This document shows, in pieces, positions 27,701 to 36,700 of a stretch of DNA of 64,000 bases (its first letter is position 1; each line of letters opens with the position of its first letter). Below the pieces are notes generated by a model, which made no database searches, was not told where the DNA came from, and saw only the letters and a program-made list of their open reading frames with translations. A program made the position numbers and the translations under genes. Source of the DNA: Lingula anatina (taxonomy: Eukaryota > Animalia > Brachiopoda). The DNA is taken from positions 12,276,001 to 12,340,000 of the forward strand of contig CM120649.1 of the NCBI GenBank assembly GCA_051362555.1, read 5' to 3'.

Positions 27701-30700
27701 TGATTTTTTTTTTCAACTGAGAGGCATATCATACTATCTAGAAACGTCAAATTAGAGGCAGGAACAAAGAAGACTGGCGACTCATATTTTTGAAATCTTA
27801 CTGAGTGTTAATATAGGTTCAAAATTACAGCTAGTGCTTTATAAAATTTCAACTTTTTTACTAGCCCGGTGCCACTTTAGGTGGGCAATTGCCTCCGGCT
27901 AGTGCTTAACGTCGCAGACTGTGGGTTTGGCAACGATGTTTGGCACTTTTCAGCGGTCGCCAAAACGGACCAGTACCCCTGACAGGTAGTCGCCCGGGAC
28001 GTTTCTAAGTCGCATTGGCGAGTGGGCGACCGTCTGTTTCGACCCCTGCATTTACCTCTAATGATTTGTTTGGGCGAACTCTACTCCACAGCATTTGCAC
28101 ACGTATCAGTTAAAGATCTTCTTTTAATTAATCTATTTCATAATTCGAGGAGTTGCAGTAAGCGAAAGCAGTTATGTGACCGATCTTGCACAAACACTTA
28201 AGCCCTTGCTGTTAGGCAAATTGACACACACTTGTAAGTCATTTTTGATGATTTTTTCTAATGCCCAACAAGAATTTTTGCATGGAATTAATTTTCCACC
28301 GCTCAGCTGGCATCCAGTAATATATCGCGAGTACATTGCACTAACCCATGATAGGCTGTGGTTTAAGCTAGATACAACACTCGCCACTGAGCTGTACCCG
28401 AAAATTACTCAAACCCCCCCATCGAAGTCGGTTGTCGCAAACATTGTTATTGAATTTGCCAGAAATGAGCTTTCTGCGCATGCGTATTACTGCCATGTGG
28501 AAATATGGCCGCTTTGTCATCAAATTCATCTCTAGGATTACTTTCAAATTACAGGACAATTAATTACATAAAGTCATAAAGAGAACGGGCCATCTTATTG
28601 GATTGTTATGCCATTGATATTGGGCATGGAGATATCCATTTTTATACAATTATGCGAAAGGCTGGCGGCGGCCAGCAATTATCGCCCAGAAAATTTCAGT
28701 GACATTCTGTCCAAAGCAGCACATACCTGGTTTTTTGTAGCGAAAAAAGGGTTGACAGGGCGTCAAGGTATTTGGTGGGCTGTAGGTCGCTCAGGCCACC
28801 CGACAGTTTGGCTGCTTCGTGTGAGTCGAAGTAGACCAAATGGCATCGACCGAAATGACCTTTTATAGATTTGGTGGTATTAAGTATATCTTTGCATCAT
28901 TTTGTAACATTTCTGTGTAGTGTTCATAATGCTTTAATATTCTGAGAGTACAAATAAAGACATGCTTTTTGTTTGATATATGTTTTATTGATTGTTATAC
29001 CAACAAAATGCAGGAAATAACCTTAACTAGATTGGGTAATATGCAGCATGTCTATCAGGCCCGTAGCCAGCAATTTCAAAAGGGGGGGTTCTTTTTTTTG
29101 AAAAAGTGGACCATTTTCCATAAAAACTTAATGTTTCTAGATCAAATTTTACCCAGGATGGACCTTTTCCCAGCAAAAGGGGTGGTTCTTTCGAGCCCCC
29201 TGGCTACGGGCCCGTCTATTCATGACTTTACCTTTCTACAAAGCATTCACAATGCTTTTAATATTTTGAGAGCATGGATAAAGACATATTGTTAGTTTGA
29301 TACTTATGATTTCATTGCTAATTATTTAATTTCTGACATTAGTTACATTTCTATCAATATTTTCATAATTATTATAATTATCCCAACTTATTTATTATTT
29401 ATTATAACTAATATATTATTTACTGTTATATTTTGGAAGGGGGGTTATACAACAAAACATCTTGTATAAGAAGGAAGACGTTCATTCAACAAAAGTGTTG
29501 TTATCATTGTGCTTAGGGAAACATTCACCTTCACTAATACAACTTCTGCAAAACATTGAGCACTGACCACTTGTAAAACTTCAGCAAAAAAGCAATTAAT
29601 CACCATAACCAGGCACATGAAACATTAAAAACTTCATTCAAAACCCAAATGACATTTGAATCTTCACTGGATTTAGTCAAACCATCTTAGAAATTCCTCA
29701 AAACATTACATCACCAGTTGACAAATCATTTCTAGAGCTTGTCAAAACACAACCTCACCGGTCCACGTGCAGCGATTGAACATTGTTTGGCACTGGGGAT
29801 TTAGCTTGCAGATAGAGGTTTTCTATATTTTGAACTTCAATGTCTTCTCTCCATTGAACGGTGATAGGTTTTGCATTGCGCTATGTGATGATGGCTTTGG
29901 TCTTGCTATTCAAGATTTCTTCAACAATGCACTGGCTGTTATCTACCGTTTCTAACTCTTTGATTTAGTTTCAAATTATTGGTTTATCATTTTCAAGGTC
30001 TAAATTAAAGTTTATACATGTGGGCATAGGGTGTATTCATCATATTCACACATCGTGCTACCTGGGTTGGTCCAACTTTGCGGGGAATTCTTGCTTAAGT
30101 GCAATCAGTGGAATCAGCTTTGTCAGCAAACAGTACGGTAAAGTCTTGAAAATTTCGTCATTCTTGACAATTTCGTCGGCAGGCGATTTTCTGCAGACGT
30201 AATTTTTTTTTCACTTTGAAAATTTCCTCGAAACCTGGAAATGAGCCTCTCGATAATATTTGAAAAGTTCGTCACCTTATATGGCTGGGTTGTAAAGCTC
30301 AAACATGAAGTTAATGCGTCAGTTGATTCAAGACAATATCAGGATATCATTGACGATAACACTCTCAATGGGAGATAGAAACAATAGTGCGCCCATACGA
30401 GCGGCTACTCACAATATAGATAGTTTACATGTGAATTTCTGTTCTCAAATGCGGGAACGTCGGCCTTTTGCCTTTAGTTTTATTACTATTACCTGGCTCA
30501 AGGTGCGTTATCAAGCCAGTAAATAGAAGTCACAGGCCGTGGCTCTGTCAGTTGTAACGCCGTTATTGTTATCGGTGGCTGTCTTAAATGAGGAGAACAC
30601 TGAAAAAATCAAGATATTATCTCGAAGGGAAATGTACCCGTCACTTCTATTCATGTCCATTGTGCAATTTAGGACCATTTAACGATTACCTGGCTCGTAC

Positions 30701-33700
30701 ATGGAGATTGTTCGCAATGTGATTCGAGAGAGACGAAAAGGCAATCTTCATATCTTCAGCAGGAGATCGTTCGCGATGTAAGCAAGAATAAAATGCACTT
30801 TTCATATTAGTTCAAGGGAACTTTGTTTGTGGAAGATCGTCAGTGGGAAATCATTATTTCAACCCCCCTCCCCCTTTGAATTTTATAAATAATTTTTATC
30901 TTTAACCCGCCTTCCCCCGCTCACGGCATATCTTCATATAAGATCGTCACAGGGAGATCATTCGCGAATTTTCATAAAAATAAAACACACCTTTACAAAC
31001 ACTGATGTCTCTCACCTACAAACTATACCAATCGATGACAGAAGTCTCAATAAGGCAAGCTTAAAATTTTTTGGGAGATGGCATCATAACCAAAAATATA
31101 TGTCAATACCATAATTGTTACCCTAGGGTCCCCTTTGTCAACTTCAACATAAATAATTTCAAACTGAAATAACATAAGGGCCAGTCTAAACGTCCATCTA
31201 TCTTAGGCTTAAGGCTTCCTATACCTTTGATGAGAGTATGGGCTTCACTTTTCCTTGCCATTTTTTTACCTCTTCAAGTTATTTCCATCAACAGCACCTA
31301 CCTCGTATGGAAAACTCTTCCTTGAATGGCCTTCTTGACCACCCAGTTTTTTGAGAATCTTCGAGTTGTTTCTCAGAGTTTGACCTCTGACTGACATGGC
31401 CTCCATTCAACTGCGACCCACCATTGATGCCACAACCGGGGACGAGGCCCTTCTCTTCTGTATAAACTTGAGAACTGAGGGAGTCCCATGGTTTTTCCTT
31501 ACTAACCTCCCAGTAGCAGCACTCAACGTCGATTTGCTCGGTGCACCCCTTACCCTGAGAGTGGTAATTAATTTCATCTTGTATGCTGTCTATGGTACCC
31601 TGAGAATCGGAGTCATCTTCATGATGACCAACATTGTCCTTAATGAGCTCAAAACCGAAACCATCATCCCCAGCTTTTTCATTAATCTGATGCTGCGAGG
31701 TGACTTTATCAAACATTTCCTCAAATCTCTGCCGGCACCCGCTACTGTCTATCTCACCTGCGTCATGCTTCTCAACCCCAGCCATCGACATGTCACCCCA
31801 GTCATCGTTTTTCTCTCTCTCCTGTGAAGCATCTATTGCCTTTCCCAAAGACCTCCTGGATTTCCCCTTTGACGAAGAAGAGTGGTCCTGCCCTGCTCCA
31901 CTTGGTCCCTCTTCATGTTCTTCAAAACTGTTGTGACACGCTCTGTCCTCTATTTCCTGTTTTGATTGCTTCTTTCCTTTTTGTGCCTGATTTTCCCGTG
32001 AGCTTTTCTTCGACTTCCTCAAACGCCTTCGATTGCCATTGCCCATCGTTGTGTTTGTGAACAAGAAAGACAGCTGAGTGAGCGAAAAATATAGTCAGTA
32101 ACTTATTAACTTTCTGTGTGAAAAAAAAACTGCAGTTCCCACGATTCTCAACAAATGTAGTGAAGCAGTCTGCTTCTGTACTGAAGTCCTGGCACTACAG
32201 TTCTGATGTAGTTTCTATAACTGATCAAACCGTACTGATCTGAATAGTATATTTGACTTCAATCAACTAGCTGCATGACCTTAATATCACAGAATGAGTT
32301 AATCCCTAATTAAGCTTAACTACCCTGTGCTGTGTGTATTACATTAACAGCAGTAAGAAATCATTTCAATCCACAAGTGCCATGCCTAATTTCAAGTGGC
32401 AGCATTGATGTAATATTATAAACCCTCTGACTGAGCAATCAGCTTTTATTAACACTACCACAATTGGTGGAATAATCAGGAAGGATTTGGAATCCTCAAA
32501 AATATTTTATGAAAAGACGAGCATGCGTATTCCATGCCTCAATCTAGTCCTTAATGCCTTAAGCCCTACTAAAGATGTATTTGTCAAACTGCATCATATT
32601 AGAACCAATATTTTTTGGGGGGAAACATGCCTATCTTAAAAAAAATTTGTGCATATGCATAAGAAAACCCCAATGCCATGTTTTAAAACTTGACAAGGCA
32701 CATGACATCAAACCCAAATCAATCAAAGAATCTGAACAAATTAAACTGATAACCTTGGATTTCAATACAAAAAGAGAGGGAAGGGGGAGTCTTTTCAAAA
32801 TAAAATTAAAACAAACAAAATAGCCGATTCTGTTAAAAAGGAAAAAAAACAAATGCAGGCCAACAGGTACATTTTTCAGGTATTCCTTGCAACAAAAATG
32901 ACCTATATCACACCTGTCAACCATCCCTCCCCCCTGTATTTCATTAATTGCCAAAACAATATTAATTGCTGTCAACTCAAATAGTGGGTTCTTATTTCCT
33001 GGCTTCATGATGATTATTAGTCATAAAAAAAAAAATTTTGGGGGTCCTAAAATGCAGAGACTTTTGACATGGCTTGCAGAGTAAATTTAGAAATTATGCA
33101 ATAGTGATGATGTGCTGATGGCATGCTTTGTTCAGGTACTAGTCTTTTATATGGCTGCAAACTTGCAATGATTACCATCATTTTTTCGGGGGGGGGGGGT
33201 ATAACATTGACTTTTTGGTTATAACATAACTCCAGCGGATTGGGCAATTAAAACCAAAACTTAATATTGGCAAGAAAAGCAGGTCACCAAATGTCAAAGG
33301 GCTCCAGAGGTAAAGCAGCCTCAAAGGTCAAATTTCAAATGTATTTGATTTGAACAAATATTATAAACAATTTACTGTAAATTGTCCCAGCTATATATTG
33401 GCTTCCAGAATTTCATAAACATGGGACAATTTCACCATCATCACCATCATGTGTATCCCAGAGATGGTTCTCATTATTCCAAGAATCTCATTCAGCTGCC
33501 GACCAGTACCATTCATGATGGTTTTCAATCAGAACAATTTAAGCACTAATAAATCAAATCTGGATCCTTGATCGTCTTTTTCTTTAGAAAATACAAAATA
33601 TAGTATGCATTTTTTGGAAATGGAGGTTTAGAATGAAACTGTAAACTGTTTGCTTAGTTTGTAGGATTAGGCCCCTGTTGGGTGGCGGTTGGCCAAAATC

Positions 33701-36700
33701 TGACGACAACACCTGATTAATTAAATTTATATGACACAAAAAAAAAACCTGCAAAAACACCCAGTGACGCATGTTGGCATCTTCATAACAATAACAATCC
33801 TGAAGAAAAACCTGTTTGAATCATCTTAAAATAAACAAAAAAGAAATCAATTCCCCACTGCATATGTTAGATCTCAAAGAATCTCTACAAAGTCACAGCT
33901 AATCAGTGTCAACCTTCATAGGTCTTCATATGAATCTTTCACCAGGCAGACAGCGAGATACAGACATGTCAGGAGGGGAGGGGGAATATTAATTTTAACT
34001 ACTTAAGTTATTACCATAAACATTATTCAGTTAGATATATATTAAGAATTTGAGATGTAGGGCCCAATAAAATTTCATTTTAATTTTACCATTGTAACTT
34101 ATTTCACAATGTAGCCTTTTGTTTAAATGTTTGGCATCTGAGGCCTATAAAGTTAGGTTTAGAAATATAACATTTCCATAAAATGAATAAAAAATTTTTA
34201 ATTTTCATTTTCAAGAAGCATAATTATAATTTCCTTCTTTATGACGTATGACATCTTAATTATTCATGTTCTTATTATACATTTGACTTCCATACAAATA
34301 AAATACTGATATCATCATTTCATTTCATGAAGTAGCGACATCTATCAATTCATATTAAATCTTCAGTCAGAAAACAACAATGGCTCCCTGCAAAGCATAA
34401 CCAAGTGAATCTCGGATGAATTTTTAATCAAGGTCAGGATATACTGCTTTAGCTTTCTTTTACTGCTTCCAAATCTAAGACTGCATTCCCAAAGATTTAG
34501 TTAGATCCATCTAGATCCATCTAGATCGACCTAACTCCCTGGGGGTTAACGCTAAATTGCTGTCAGCCGAGCGCGCACGGTAGTTAATTACCCCCTTACA
34601 GCTTTTAGTAGGCGGGTCAGAAGCTTAAGGGATGTAGGGATAGGCGGGATAACATTCTACGAGCCCATGCATCTGTATGTTGACGCTGTTTTTGAATATA
34701 TTAAGCCCACCCCTGATATGAAATATGACACTATGCACAAGGCCATCAAACAAACTTAGGCCGTTCCGGGTAACTACCCGTAATAAACTGTTTCAGACTT
34801 TAGTTTATAACTACTTTGGGTTGGGGTATAGTCGTTTCATCATCAGTAGGTTTTTATATACAGTTATTTTCTATTGTGTCAACCTTTTTCCTTTAAAAGA
34901 ATCTATATTCTATATATATTCCAATTGTCGTTTATTTATTTCTTAAATAAACTCTGCAAGCCCGAAAGTGTTGTTGGTTTTAAGTACTCTTTTCGTTTAA
35001 CGGAAAGTTATTTAAAACCACCACTGGAGGGCGCGCCACTCGCGGTCCCCATCATGGGACGTGGCTCAACATCAGAATAGTCGCGTGGGAGCCTATCAAA
35101 TTTAAGGCTGTTAGCCGACAACAGCCACATGAGTCTTTTTAAACTTGGCAGTTCGAGCTTTGGCAGCTAGCGAGGAAGACGCGCTAAGGGAGCAGGCGCT
35201 CTCGCTACCGGCGCTTCTTCCTCTTTGATATCCAGTCTATGTAAGACGCACTAGGAATTCACTTCCGGTAGTATCGGTGTTAAGTGATTATACATTACTA
35301 CTGCATGCATGGCGCATGGCTGCAGAGCAGACGCGGCAAGGACGTCGAAAAAGCAAGGAACACTATTTTCTTATTTTTGCGGTCATGACAGAAATAATTT
35401 CAAAGATTCGCTAAAAAAAGAAGACTTTATTCAGGATATTTGCTCTGATATAGGAAATAATGAAAAACATTCATTCATTTTACAATTTATAGGTAGATCT
35501 AATCCCTTGATTTTCACTATTTTAAGTTGACTAGAACCCCCCTCCTCTACTAGGGACTATTAAATCATAACTCATGTTATAAACTAGCCTGACACACAAC
35601 TACCGAAAACGTGGTCCTTTGGGGGGGGAGGGGGGGGAGGGTGTTGAGTGCAGTGCATATTTATTTAGTTAAGTACTAGTAACATTGCTACAATCCTACA
35701 TCAACGAATTTCAATTTAAAATAGTAATATTAAATAATTGAATAAATATCCTGTGTTTTCAGGTTCACTTCGAGTATCCCAAGCATTTGCTTGCTGCCAA
35801 TGCTGCTGTGAGTGTGGTCGGTGGCCAAGGCCCCATTGACAGTTTGCTGCTCCCCAAGCTGAGAATAGAGATGCCCTGCCCAACTACCTCATTGCTAATG
35901 AGTAGTTACAGTGTCAGATAAAGAGACTCATATTTAGCTTGAAATGAATGTGATTATTTCTAGTCTGGTGTATATTTTTTTTCATTGTTTACTTTTAGTG
36001 TAATATGTAGTGTATGATTTGCAATGAATGATGAATATTAGCAATTTTTGAAATGAATGTCATTGAATGATTTCATTCACATTCTATTGATATAATAGAA
36101 TATAATTTTATATAATTTTATATCATATAATTTCACCTGCAAAAAATCCTAATATCCAGTAATTGCATGTTTATTTCTTGTCTGGTGTACATTTTCTTCA
36201 TTGTTTACTAGTGTATAATGTGCAAAGAATGATGAATATTAGCAATTCTTGAAGTGAGTGTCATTGAATGATTTCATTCATATTTTATTGATATATTTTT
36301 TAGCATTTAGTTTCAGCTGCAAAAAAATTTAATATTTCACGATGATGTAGGATCATGCTGTTGTACATTGTAATAAAGTATTCATTATCCACAGTTTGAC
36401 TTTTAATAATATGAACTGAAGTCACTGAATGCAACTGTGACAAACAACAACATGAAAATGGTTAGATAACTGAATTCATTTAACATTGATCAAAAGCCTG
36501 AAATTCCCGTTGAAAAGGAGGGCAAGTAAGAATCTGAGGGGGCAAGTGAAAATTTTTGCCACTTGCCCCCCAGGGTAAGTGGCCAAAAAAGTTAATGTTG
36601 AGCCCTGTAGTTAGTCGTTTATTCATTTTCTTAAATAAACTCTGCAAGCCTGAAAGTGTTGTTGGTTTTAAAATAATTTTTGCTATCTCCTCCTTGACCA

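Noticed and set aside
28140-28535. 119-aa ORF and an opposite-strand LSLTATPR resembling helicase motif III
   Set aside because: No other helicase motifs, a stop immediately before it and no splice support; likely chance.
31396-31827. Hydrophobic 143-aa plus-strand ORF resembling a membrane protein
   Set aside because: Antisense shadow of the hydrophilic minus-strand ORF in the same codon register.
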